A stretch of 63,533 nt of DNA, the filler included, from assembly GCA_964501035.1 (NCBI GenBank). It is 6 parts of 6 records of this genome, joined end to end, with 100 filler letters (N's around TTAATTAATTAA, not from the genome) between each part and the next. Parts side by side here need not be neighbours in the genome. Positions count along the whole stretch, not along the records: positions 45,566 to 56,183 come from CAZCRK010000057.1; positions 56,284 to 63,533 come from CAZCRK010000069.1; 4 more parts are not named here. The stretch is one strand, 5' to 3'. The translations under genes were made by a program, and so were the position numbers. Position 1 is the stretch's first letter. Each line of letters opens with the position of its first letter. Positions 49,734-59,543 of this stretch are shown one piece after another. The notes below the pieces were generated by a model that saw only the letters and a program-made list of their open reading frames with translations, was not told where the DNA came from and ran no database searches.

Positions 49734-50897
49734 TTATGTCCTTTGTGTTTTAAATTTTATATTCACTGCACTATCTGAATAGGTTGCATGTAAATTATCA
49801 ATTAATGCATTTTTAATTGAATCTAAGTTATCATTTTCAAACTCAATTGGAATTTCAAATAATATTGATTCGATTTTATCTTTACCAACTATACGTAAAT
49901 CTTGTACTGTATATTTAATTTGGAATTTTTCAAGAGTACTATTTATCAAATTTCTAATAAATAAAACATCTTTTCCATCGATAGTAACTGGGTCGGTATG
50001 GGTGACAACATCTGCATGAAGCTGCTTTGCCAAATGGTGTTCTACAGCATCGGCAATTTGATGCATTTGTTCAGCAGTTTGATTTTCGGATACTTCTACA
50101 TGCAACGAAATATATTTATGTACTCCATAACTATGAACAACAATATCATGAATATTATACACACCTTCAATTTCATTTGCTAATGTAAAAATTTCTTGAA
50201 TAGTTTCTTCAGAAGCAGGTTTACCTAATAAATCATCGACTGCATTTTTAGAAATATTATAAGCAAAAACGAGCATCATAACTGCAATGATGCAACCCAT
50301 AATTGCGTCTAATAATGGATATCCAATAATCGAAGCAATGAGTCCAACTAAAACGAGTACTGATGAAAGCATATCAGACCGATGGTGCAGAGCGTCACCT
50401 TTCAATGTATCCGAATCAATAATGGTTCCTACACCGAAACAAATACGAGCCATTATTTCCTTCACAATAATAGTAATGAAAATAACAATAAACAATGGAG
50501 TTGAAATACTGATAGCTGTTTGGTCAATGAGTCGCTCAACCGATGCTTTTATAAACTCAAAACCAACAAATCCAATAAACATTGCTATGGTTAATGTTGC
50601 AATAGTTTCTGCTCTACCATGTCCAAATGGGTGTTCTTTATCGGGTGGTTTTTGAGAGACTTTAAAACCAAATATAACAACTACACTTGAAGCAATATCT
50701 GAAAGTGTATGAAAAGCATCTGCCAAAAGTGATATACTATTTGAAACCAATCCAAACCACAATTTAATGATAAACAATATGACATTTGTTCCTATTGAAA
50801 AATATCCATTTTTAATTCCTGATTGTGCACGGTGTTCTGGATTAGTTGGAGAAAAATCCCTTGGTAAAAATATTTTTATGAATAAGTTTGCTAACAT
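49734..50897 (-). CDS. Cation diffusion facilitator transporter
   Basis: SLLADAFHTLSD, PPDKEHPFGHGR, DALHHRSD. Confidence 0.92.
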   Translation of the reverse strand: MLANLFIKIFLPRDFSPTNPEHRAQSGIKNGYFSIGTNVILFIIKLWFGLVSNSISLLADAFHTLSDIASSVVVIFGFKVSQKPPDKEHPFGHGRAETIATLTIAMFIGFVGFEFIKASVERLIDQTAISISTPLFIVIFITIIVKEIMARICFGVGTIIDSDTLKGDALHHRSDMLSSVLVLVGLIASIIGYPLLDAIMGCIIAVMMLVFAYNISKNAVDDLLGKPASEETIQEIFTLANEIEGVYNIHDIVVHSYGVHKYISLHVEVSENQTAEQMHQIADAVEHHLAKQLHADVVTHTDPVTIDGKDVLFIRNLINSTLEKFQIKYTVQDLRIVGKDKIESILFEIPIEFENDNLDSIKNALIDNLHATYSDSAVNIKFKTQRT

Positions 50898-52892
50898 TTA
50901 GTAGTTGATTACCTCATCAATTGCATCTTGAATCCAACTAGTTTGGACAAGAATTTCATTTTCATAATTTGGCGTATAAGCAATGGGTAAATCTTTGGAT
51001 GCAACCCGTTTAATTGGAGCATCTAGTAGTTCAAACCCAGAATCCATAATTTTAGATGAAATTTCAGCACCAAATCCGTTTGTAATATTATCTTCATGTA
51101 CAATAATTATGCGGTTTGTTTTGGATAAAGACGTTATTATTGTATCCATATCCAAAGGGTTTAGTGATCGTATATCAATAATCTCAACAGAATATTGTCC
51201 CTTTCTTGAAGCTTCAATAGATTTTTGAACCAATGCACCCCAGGTAACAATTGTAACATCTGTACCCTCTTGAACAACTTTTGCTTTTCCAAATTCTAAC
51301 AAATAATTTTCATCAGGTTCAGGTGAGGAAGCATAGCCTTGGCGGTATAACCCTTTATGTTCAAGAAAGAGAACAGGGTCATCCATTCTGCATGCCATTT
51401 TCAAAAGTCCTTTTGCATCCGATGCATTGGATGGATATACAATGTAAATGCCAGGTAAATGTGTGAAATATCCCTCAATGCTTTGGCTATGACATAATCC
51501 ACCATGAATGTATCCACCAACAGGAACTCGAATGACAACGGGGCATGTCCAATTTCCATTGGAGCGATATCGAAGGGTTGCCAACTCATTTCTAATTTGC
51601 ATCATGGATGTCCAAATATAATCGCCAAATTGAATTTCTACAACAGGTTTATAACCCAAAGATGCCATACCAATAGCAGTACCGATAATTGATGATTCAG
51701 CAAGTGGAGAGTTGAATACTCGTTCTTTACCATGTTTTGCAGTTAGTCCACGTGTTGCTGTAAAAACGCCTCCTTTGCCAGCAGCCACATCTTCACCATA
51801 AATTACCATTTTATCATTATGTACCAATTCTTCATCTAAGGCATGATTTATGGCATCTACAAGCACAATTTTGTCACCATTTTGGCTTGCATTGTCTTGT
51901 GATTTTACTTTCTTTTCCGAAAACAAATGATTTGACAATTCATTTATATCTGGAGTATCCATTTGTTCTACTAAGTCAGTTTCATCATTCACTTGATTTA
52001 AGATATTATTTCGAATACTTTCAAACTCTTTAGTTTTTGCAATACCAGATTCAATACATTTGTTTTCAAAAACAATAAGTGGATCTTTACTCTGTTCAGA
52101 CTTTAATTCAGAATCATCACGGTATTTTCGATGATCATCTGAAGAAGAGTGGGGGAATAATCGCACTACATTTGAAATAATTATACTGGGACCCTTACCT
52201 TTTCGCGCTCTTTCAACTGCTTTTTCAAATGCAAGTTTTGTCTCAAAAAAGTCAGTACCATCAACTGAAAAACGAGCGAGTGATTCATAACCTGCTGCAA
52301 TTTTATACACAGATCCTCCAGCCGTTTGTTCTGCTATTGGTACTGAAATTGCGTAACCATTATTTTCAACATGAAACACAACGGGTGCTTTTTCCCGACT
52401 CGCCCAGTTTAATGCTTCATGAAAATCACCTTGACTAGTTGTTCCTTCACCCGAAGATACATAAACGACAGCTTTGTTACCATCTCTTTTTAGAGCAAAC
52501 CCAGTACCTACTGACTGTAAATATTGTGTTCCGGTTGAACTTGATTGCGCGATGATATTTAATTTTTTATGCCCATAATGCTGAGGCATTTGACGCCCCC
52601 CCGAACTGGGGTCTTCTTTTCGTGCTAAGAAAGACATAAGTATTTCTTTTGAAGATACTCCGAGTCCTAAACAAAATGCTTGATCTCTATAGTAAGGATA
52701 GGCATAATCAAAGCTTGGTTTAAAACTCTGTGATGCAGCAAGTTGAGCAGCTTCATGTCCTGCAGCAGCAATATGAAAATAACCTTTTCCCTGTTTAAGT
52801 AAAATAAGTTGTTTTTCATCTAACCGTCTGGATAATGCCATTAACTCATAGATGCGTAAAATTTCTTTTTTTGAATAGCCGTTAAACTTCAA
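50898..52892 (-). CDS. 2-oxoacid (branched-chain type) dehydrogenase E1, fused alpha/beta
   Basis: GHEAAQ, YYRD, GEG..QGDFHE, HSSSDD, GEDV..GGVF, EIQFGDY, HSQS. Confidence 0.93.
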   Translation of the reverse strand: MKFNGYSKKEILRIYELMALSRRLDEKQLILLKQGKGYFHIAAAGHEAAQLAASQSFKPSFDYAYPYYRDQAFCLGLGVSSKEILMSFLARKEDPSSGGRQMPQHYGHKKLNIIAQSSSTGTQYLQSVGTGFALKRDGNKAVVYVSSGEGTTSQGDFHEALNWASREKAPVVFHVENNGYAISVPIAEQTAGGSVYKIAAGYESLARFSVDGTDFFETKLAFEKAVERARKGKGPSIIISNVVRLFPHSSSDDHRKYRDDSELKSEQSKDPLIVFENKCIESGIAKTKEFESIRNNILNQVNDETDLVEQMDTPDINELSNHLFSEKKVKSQDNASQNGDKIVLVDAINHALDEELVHNDKMVIYGEDVAAGKGGVFTATRGLTAKHGKERVFNSPLAESSIIGTAIGMASLGYKPVVEIQFGDYIWTSMMQIRNELATLRYRSNGNWTCPVVIRVPVGGYIHGGLCHSQSIEGYFTHLPGIYIVYPSNASDAKGLLKMACRMDDPVLFLEHKGLYRQGYASSPEPDENYLLEFGKAKVVQEGTDVTIVTWGALVQKSIEASRKGQYSVEIIDIRSLNPLDMDTIITSLSKTNRIIIVHEDNITNGFGAEISSKIMDSGFELLDAPIKRVASKDLPIAYTPNYENEILVQTSWIQDAIDEVINY

Positions 52893-53620
52893 TTTCTCTC
52901 CTTCATTAAATGTGAGTGCAACAGATTACCCACTTCAGTCGCTAAATCTATGATAGTTTTAGCCTGTTGATTTATCTCATAAATGGATGTAACTCCACAT
53001 TCAAAAATGCCACATGGAATCATCCCATCAAAATATTGCATATTTGGGTTATTGTTTAAAGCTAAACCATGCATTGTTACCCATTTCGCTAATCTTACAC
53101 CCATAGCACAAATTTTCTCATCTTCAATCCAAACACCAGTTAGTTTATCATTTCGTTGAGATTGAATATTATATTGAGAAAGAACATCAATGATAGTTTG
53201 TTCTAATGTTCGCATATACCATGAAACGCTGAGTTTATAGTTATGTAAATCAATAATTGGGTACACTATCAATTGCCCCGGTCCGTGATATGTCACATCA
53301 CCACCTCTATCAATTTGAACAACATCAGTATCGGAAGGGTATGAAGGCAAGAGATGATTTTGATCTGCATTTTTTCCAAAGGTGTACACATGCTCATGCT
53401 CAAGCAATAAAACAACATCGTTGATTTCATTATGTATGCGTTTTTGATGTATGGTTTTTTGTAATTCCCAAATAGGTGTAAACTGCTGTCTACCAAGAAA
53501 ATAATAATTGATTTCGTTATCATTATTAGACAAAATGTATGCACAAATGTCTGACCAGTTTTCTATGCCTAACTGATCAATTCTATGAAGTTCTAAATTA
53601 TTTTCTATCACTTGGAGCAT
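52889..53620 (-). CDS. lipB: Lipoyl(octanoyl) transferase
   Basis: LEHEHVYTFG, DRGGDVTYHGPGQL, KICAMG, IPCG. Confidence 0.95.
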   Translation of the reverse strand: MLQVIENNLELHRIDQLGIENWSDICAYILSNNDNEINYYFLGRQQFTPIWELQKTIHQKRIHNEINDVVLLLEHEHVYTFGKNADQNHLLPSYPSDTDVVQIDRGGDVTYHGPGQLIVYPIIDLHNYKLSVSWYMRTLEQTIIDVLSQYNIQSQRNDKLTGVWIEDEKICAMGVRLAKWVTMHGLALNNNPNMQYFDGMIPCGIFECGVTSIYEINQQAKTIIDLATEVGNLLHSHLMKERN

Positions 53621-54999
53621 TAAATGTGAATTGCCTCATCAAGTGCATCTGCGGTTGCTTCCATAATTGCTTCTGATAATGTGGGGTGGGGGTGAACACT
53701 TTGCAAAATATCTAGGTGGGTTGTTTCTAATGTGCGAGCAATGACCGCTTCAGATATCAGATTAGTTGCTTCCGCTCCAATAATATGACATCCCAACATT
53801 TCTCCGTATTTTGCATCATAGATTACTTTAGAAAATCCTTCTGTTTTAGCGGTAGCCATTGATTTGCCCAATGCACGAAATGGAAATGTTCCAATTTTGA
53901 TGTCATAACCCTGTTCGATTGCCTGTTTTTCAGTTAATCCAACAGAGGCTACTTCTGGTGAACAATAAGTGCATCCTGGAATATTATCATATTTCATTTC
54001 CTGTGGTTTTAAACCACATATTTTCTCTACAGCAATAATGCCTTCAGCAGATGCAACATGTGCAAGCCATGGTGGACCTGCAACGTCACCAATTGCATAG
54101 ATGTTTTCTATGGATGTTTTCATGAAGGTATCAGTTTTTATCCAACCATTTTCAATTTGAATATTACATTCTTCTAATCCAATATTTTCAATATTCCCTT
54201 GGACACCCACCGCAATCATTGCTTTGTCTGCAATAATTTTTTCACCTTTGTTTGTTTCAATTTCAACGGCATCTTTAATTTTGGAAATATTTTTAACGAG
54301 AGTATTTGTGAATGTTTTAATCTTCTTCTTTTTCATGGATGCTTCTAATTCTTTAGAAATATCTTCATCTTCAATAGGCAAAATGGAGGGGAGGGCTTCA
54401 ATGATGGACACTTTTGTGCCATAAGCATTAAAAAAATGTGCAAACTCAACACCAATTGCCCCTGCGCCAATGATCGCAATACTTTTGGGTTGTTCCTCTA
54501 AAACCATGGCTTCTTTTGATGTAATAATTTGCGTTCCGTCTGGTTCCATTCCGGGAAAATATTTACTTCGTGCGCCCGTTGCAATAATAATATGTTCTGC
54601 AGTTATCGTATCAACTTCACCATCCTTATTTACAGTTTCAACTGTATGTGCATCTTTTAATTTTCCTGTGGCAGAAATAAAATCAATTTTGTTTTTCTTC
54701 AGTAAGTATTCAATTCCTTTATTAAGGCGTTTAGACACATTTCTTGACCGCTTAATGCCCTTTTTCCAATCAACAGTGTACTCAGGAATATTAATTCCAA
54801 ATTTTTTAGCTTCTTTAACATTTTCTAAAATATGTGCATTTTGCAATAATGCTTTCGTGGGGATGCAACCCCAATTTAAACAGACTCCGCCTAAATGAGT
54901 AGATTCTACAATGGCTACTTTTTTACCGAGTTGACTTGCTCTAATGCCAGCCACATAACCACCCGGACCTCCGCCAATAATAATAATATCGTAATTCAT
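53620..54999 (-). CDS. lpdA: Dihydrolipoyl dehydrogenase
   Basis: GGGPGGY, GGVCLNWGCIPTK, HPHPTLSE. Confidence 0.97.
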   Translation of the reverse strand: MNYDIIIIGGGPGGYVAGIRASQLGKKVAIVESTHLGGVCLNWGCIPTKALLQNAHILENVKEAKKFGINIPEYTVDWKKGIKRSRNVSKRLNKGIEYLLKKNKIDFISATGKLKDAHTVETVNKDGEVDTITAEHIIIATGARSKYFPGMEPDGTQIITSKEAMVLEEQPKSIAIIGAGAIGVEFAHFFNAYGTKVSIIEALPSILPIEDEDISKELEASMKKKKIKTFTNTLVKNISKIKDAVEIETNKGEKIIADKAMIAVGVQGNIENIGLEECNIQIENGWIKTDTFMKTSIENIYAIGDVAGPPWLAHVASAEGIIAVEKICGLKPQEMKYDNIPGCTYCSPEVASVGLTEKQAIEQGYDIKIGTFPFRALGKSMATAKTEGFSKVIYDAKYGEMLGCHIIGAEATNLISEAVIARTLETTHLDILQSVHPHPTLSEAIMEATADALDEAIHI

Positions 55000-55007
55000 A
55001 ATCCCTC

Positions 55008-55590
55008 TTAATTATTTTTCATTGCAATAATTTTCAAAAATTCGTCTCTGGTTCTAGCATCCTTTCTAAAACCACCCAACATGCACGATGTTACTGCAAA
55101 CGAATTTTTCTTTTCAACACCTCTCATTTGCATACACATATGTTGGCCTTCGANNNNNNNNNNCTACAGCAACACCTCTTGGTTTTAACACGTTTTCGAT
55201 TGTTTTTGCAATTTCTTGTGTCATACGTTCTTGTACTTGCAAACGACGGCTAAACATTTCAACAATGCGAGGTAATTTAGAAAGACCCAATATTTTTCCA
55301 TTGGGGATATACGCAATATGTGCTTTTCCAAAAAATGGGAGTAAATGATGTTCGCACATGCTAAAGAAATCGATATCAATTATGGTTACCATTTCATCGT
55401 AATATTCAGTAAAGATAGCATCATTGATAATATCTTCTAAATTTTGTGAATATCCTTTTGCAAAAAATTCCCACGCTTTAGCGACTCTATTCGGTGTTTT
55501 TTGTAAACCCTCTCTTTTAGGATTTTCACCAATTTCATTTAATAATTCTTCAATTAAATTTTCAATATTAGATTTACTGTTTTCTGTCAT
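55008..55590 (-). CDS. folE: GTP cyclohydrolase I (spans a 10-N gap)
   Basis: [25 protein letters not shown]; after the gap [14 protein letters not shown]...TRDEFL, stop at 55008-55010. Confidence 0.95.
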
Positions 55591-55915
55591 GTTTACCTTT
55601 TAATATATTCGTTAAGAAAACTCTATATGCTTGTACAATGCAACTATAGGACAAGCATTTAAATTACATAGAAATTGAAAACTGGAGCAAAGTATGTTTC
55701 CTGAAATTGACATTTCCATAAATTAATATTTATGTTAAAAACTATAGTAAAAAGTAAAATAATGTATAAGTTCTACGTTGTATTTCGTTTTTTTATTTTT
55801 TTGCATTACAGCTAAACAGGAAGAATAATGAAAATATTTATTAAATATAGTTCAGCTACAGACACCGTGTTTTTCTACATAACAAATATTACATCATTGT
55901 AAAAGGTGGTACAAA

Positions 55916-56128
55916 ATGAAAAATTTACAACAAACAATAGTTAGAATTATGATATTTACAGGATTATTGTTTTCACAAAACAAAAACTATCCGGATGATT
56001 GGTGTGATATAGTATTGGAATACGACGAGTTTATGGCACTTACTGCGGTTTTAATCATTGACGGAATTGTGCACAATCAAAAAAAGGACAGGGCAACCCT
56101 GTCTCTACGGGTTGCATTAATTATGTGA
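55916..56128 (+). pseudogene. Truncated secreted-protein gene ending in a REP
   Basis: SD AAGGTGG; signal peptide and PDDW..YDEFMALTAVLIIDG, then REP-encoded DRATLSL and a stop. Confidence 0.55.
56086..56108 (-). repeat. GTAG-REP related to those in the RAYT
   Basis: Minus strand GTAG-AGACAGGG-TTG-CCCTGTCC; adjacent ATTGTGCACAATCA resembles the RAYT spacer ATTGCACACAATCA. Confidence 0.8.
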
Positions 56129-56183
56129 CAATGCAAAAATAAATTTGAAATATTATTTGTCAAGATTACACTTTGATATTCCT

Positions 56184-56283
56184 NNNNNNNNNNNNNNNNN
56201 NNNNNNNNNNNNNNNNNNNNNNNNNNNTTAATTAATTAANNNNNNNNNNNNNNNNNNNNNNNNNNNNNNNNNNNNNNNNNNNN
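56184..56283. other. Artificial contig linker
   Basis: N44-TTAATTAATTAA-N44. Confidence 0.97.
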
Positions 56284-56771
56284 CCACCTGTTACTGTAGA
56301 ACTTTGGGAAACATTAAACACTTTTTTATCAATTTCATTAACATAAATGGGGGCATCATCTACAACCTGCACTGCATCAAGCATTAACGATGATGGTGAC
56401 AATTCAATTATTCCTAATTCTTGTTCAATTCCACCACCTTCTCCAGGGAACAGTTGAATAGGTTCAATGGTTTTCTGAGTAAATCCAATAAATTCAATCA
56501 CTAGCTTGTAACGACCAAGTTTTAAATCACGTAAAATAAACTGACCATCGCTATCAGTGACTCCCCCATCAACTATTTCATCATTTTTCATATTAAGAAG
56601 TGAAATGTTTGCATATTCAATTTTCGTACTAGAAAGTGAATCCACAACCGTGCCAGAAATTTTTCCAATAGCTGGCATTGATCGTCCACCCATTCCACCT
56701 CCTCGATGTTGTGCTAATACAAAACTCGCACTTGTAAATAGAAGAAGTAGTAAAACTTTATATTTTGTCAT
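56284..56771 (-). CDS. TonB-dependent receptor-like outer membrane protein, N-terminal part (partial)
   Basis: Signal peptide; ISGTVVD..IEYANI..TDSDGQF..GRYKL.IEFIGF carboxypeptidase-regulatory-like domain; IDKKVFNV. Confidence 0.8.
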
Positions 56772-56925
56772 TTTCTGTATCCTAATTATCATTTATGAGA
56801 TATGTCAAAGCGTAAAATTTACACGTATTTTCATCAATTTAATCAAAACTATTTTGTTTATTTATCGTCATAATAATCAGTTATTAAGATGATATATTCG
56901 GGAATAAGTTAACTTTTTTTTGCAT

Positions 56926-56951
56926 AAAAAAACCCGCCAAGGCGGGTTTTT
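56926..56951 (-). terminator. Rho-independent terminator
   Basis: AAAAAAACCCGCC-AA-GGCGGGTTTTT downstream of the DUF3467 gene. Confidence 0.88.
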
Positions 56952-56974
56952 CAATCATTTGGTTTTAATTGCGT

Positions 56975-57301
56975 TTAGTTTGGCAAAACATCATCCGGCA
57001 TTTTGAATGAAGTCGGAGTTAACTTTTCTTGTTTAGCAACTTTAATTTCACCAAATTTATCTTCATATTTTCGGATATTTTCTTGAAGGGCTATCATCAA
57101 TGTTTTTACATGCATTGGTGCCATGATAATTCTTGATTGCACTTTTGACTTTGGTAGTCCTGGTAACACACGGATAAAATCCATCACGAATTCAGCTAGT
57201 GAATGAGTAACAACAGCAAAATTTGCATATTCTCCTTGTGCCTTCTCTTTATCTAATTCAATTTGAATTTGATGGGTTTTCTTTTTTTCTTTATTATCCA
57301 T
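56975..57301 (-). CDS. DUF3467 family protein
   Basis: AQGEYANFAVVTHSLAEFVMDF..KVQSRIIMAP.H.K. Confidence 0.9.
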   Translation of the reverse strand: MDNKEKKKTHQIQIELDKEKAQGEYANFAVVTHSLAEFVMDFIRVLPGLPKSKVQSRIIMAPMHVKTLMIALQENIRKYEDKFGEIKVAKQEKLTPTSFKMPDDVLPN

Positions 57302-57312
57302 TGCTACCTCGC

Positions 57313-57714
57313 TTATTGGTTATTGTTTGTTTCATTCTTTTTATTAAATTCTTGCCAATCCTCATCAATTCCATCCCACTTTCTAAATTCTTCTTCATTA
57401 GTGGTTACTTCTTTTAAGTCAACATTTTCTTCAATCAAATCAATGCGTTCAGCTTTATCTTCGTAGTCATCTGGATTGGTTTCATCTTCCAATTCTGTTT
57501 CCTCTTCAGTCTTTTTAATCTCATCACCATACAATGATTGATCAAAAAAATCAATTGTTGATACTATACCATGCATCATTAGAAATTCTAAAAATGCTAG
57601 AAATTTCTTTTGCTTTAATTTTGTTTGACAATGCTGACATACCAACTTTTCCCTTAAGCTTTCTTCGTCTAGAGGGGTAGAGCATGCCGGGCATATTAAT
57701 CCTTCAAAAGTCAT
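57313..57714 (-). CDS. Hypothetical Zn-ribbon protein with acidic tail
   Basis: CPAC..CQHC; SD AAGGAG. Confidence 0.7.
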   Translation of the reverse strand: MTFEGLICPACSTPLDEESLREKLVCQHCQTKLKQKKFLAFLEFLMMHGIVSTIDFFDQSLYGDEIKKTEEETELEDETNPDDYEDKAERIDLIEENVDLKEVTTNEEEFRKWDGIDEDWQEFNKKNETNNNQ

Positions 57715-57816
57715 AAATTCTCCTTAATATCGGGGGAAGAATATACTTTTTGTTTATAAAGCATACAAACATTTTGATAGATAAATTGAAAAATAGTTAC
57801 AACCTTTGTTAATATA

Positions 57817-59004
57817 TTAAACCTTTGTTGTTTTTTGAGAAAGTTGAATAATAAATTCTTTTTCACCATCTGTGAACTTCTTGCTCCTACGTTCTTTCAC
57901 TATTTTACACATTGAAATAAATTTATTAATATCAACAACATCATTTTTACCCCAAGAAAATGAAGGAATATATTTTTCTTGAAAATCTGAACCAAAAACA
58001 TTAGCACCCAAACCAATAAAAGTACCAGTATTTAACATTGTTGAAATTCCGGTACGAGAATAATCGCCAATACATGAACCTAAAAATTGTTGACCTGTAT
58101 CAAATTCGCCAAATCCAATATTAAATCTTACCTTGCTATAATTGTTTTTCAAATCACTATTATTGGTATTTGCACCAAGATTTACCCACTCTCCAATATA
58201 GCTATGCCCAATGAAACCGTCATGCTGTTTGTTACTAAATCCTTGAAAAATAGAGTCTTCAACTTCACCTCCAATTTTACACCTATTTCCCAACACAACA
58301 TTTCCACGTAATTTAGTACCTGGATTTATCGTACAATTTTCACCAATAAAGACTGGCCCTTGAATGAGAGATCCAATTTCTAAAGTTGCACCTTTCATGA
58401 TTATAACTGGCCCACTTGAGGCATCTATAACTACCCCGGCTTTGATTTGACAATCTGTCCCAGTGAATATTTCTTCTTCATTTTCAAATACTGCAGAAGG
58501 GTGTATAAATCCATTTTTTTCATATAAGAAATGATTTGAATCTTCAGATAGTTGTTGCGGAGTTGAATTAATACTATCCCATAAATATGTAAAATGTGTT
58601 AGTTCAATATGTGTTGTAACGGATGCTCTAGACTCCAACTTGTTTCTAAATTCTTCAATTGATTCAGAAGTATCTAAATGAAATGCAACCAAAGTATCAT
58701 TTGATGAAAATGATTTTTTATCTTGAATTAAATCAATATTTTTCTTACTCCAGATTGAAGCACCATTTAAACAAATTCCACTATTAATTACTTGAGGGTT
58801 TATTGAATATCGCGGGAATCGTTCTCGAACCAAATCTTGAATATCGTCACGTACAATTAAAGTTAGCGTATCATTTTCATTTAACAACTGAATTACTCTT
58901 TCAATATTTGTAAATGCTCCACATCTTACTTCAAAAGAAGCATGATTAATTGTATGTGGATACAAATTACGGGTATGTAAATCTTCAAATAATATATAGT
59001 TCAT
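57817..59004 (-). CDS. GlmU-related putative sugar nucleotidyltransferase/acetyltransferase
   Basis: EVRCGAFT, hexapeptide repeats, KIGGEV, NKQHDGFIGHSYIGEWVNLGANTNNSDLKN. Confidence 0.88.
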   Translation of the reverse strand: MNYILFEDLHTRNLYPHTINHASFEVRCGAFTNIERVIQLLNENDTLTLIVRDDIQDLVRERFPRYSINPQVINSGICLNGASIWSKKNIDLIQDKKSFSSNDTLVAFHLDTSESIEEFRNKLESRASVTTHIELTHFTYLWDSINSTPQQLSEDSNHFLYEKNGFIHPSAVFENEEEIFTGTDCQIKAGVVIDASSGPVIIMKGATLEIGSLIQGPVFIGENCTINPGTKLRGNVVLGNRCKIGGEVEDSIFQGFSNKQHDGFIGHSYIGEWVNLGANTNNSDLKNNYSKVRFNIGFGEFDTGQQFLGSCIGDYSRTGISTMLNTGTFIGLGANVFGSDFQEKYIPSFSWGKNDVVDINKFISMCKIVKERRSKKFTDGEKEFIIQLSQKTTKV

Positions 59005-59522
59005 GATAGTAGCATTGATTTTATCTGGGAGTACCCACGTTCTGAGATGCCAGACCGATTAATATCGAGTTGAATATTATAAAACTTATCTGAAAATTCA
59101 GATTTAAATCCAATTTTTTGAGTAGAGAACAAGGAATTGATAAGCATTGAAATAGGAAAAATAAATTGAGTGTTTAAGTCAATAATCATTTTGAAATGTG
59201 TATTACTAATTTCTTTGTTTCCCGCATCTGAAATTGAAATATATTGAGTATTCTTGGGGATAGAAAATTGAATCAATTTCCCCCTAGGATTTTTAAAGGA
59301 TGATATAAAATTATCTTTAACCATAAATACAAAATCTAAATTTTTCTTCTTCAAATTTCTAAATGAATACGATGCAACACGAAATAATGTTTCATCAATT
59401 GGAAATATTATTAAAACTTTATTTTCATTGTTAGATTCACCAGACGATGTATTTCCTCTTAACTTTCCAGTTAAAGAAAGTAACAATAATCGATATCTCA
59501 ATTTCCATAGATTGTAATTCAT
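59001..59522 (-). CDS. Hypothetical protein (DUF6913-like)
   Basis: FKMIIDLN..KIGF..FYNIQL pattern; overlaps the downstream start. Confidence 0.6.
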   Translation of the reverse strand: MNYNLWKLRYRLLLLSLTGKLRGNTSSGESNNENKVLIIFPIDETLFRVASYSFRNLKKKNLDFVFMVKDNFISSFKNPRGKLIQFSIPKNTQYISISDAGNKEISNTHFKMIIDLNTQFIFPISMLINSLFSTQKIGFKSEFSDKFYNIQLDINRSGISERGYSQIKSMLLS

Positions 59523-59543
59523 TCTCGCCAGTAATTTACAACG

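Noticed and set aside
55114..55163. folE frameshift or pseudogene
   Set aside because: The frame change coincides with a 10-N placeholder gap, and the C-terminus is intact in another frame.
55828..55902. 24-aa ORF MKIFIKYSS... upstream of the truncated secreted gene
   Set aside because: Too short, with no recognisable motif.
11921..56283. Five TTAATTAATTAA palindromes at roughly 11-kb spacing
   Set aside because: Each is centred in N44 padding and gives stops in all frames, so these are artificial contig linkers. Adjacency across them has no biological meaning.
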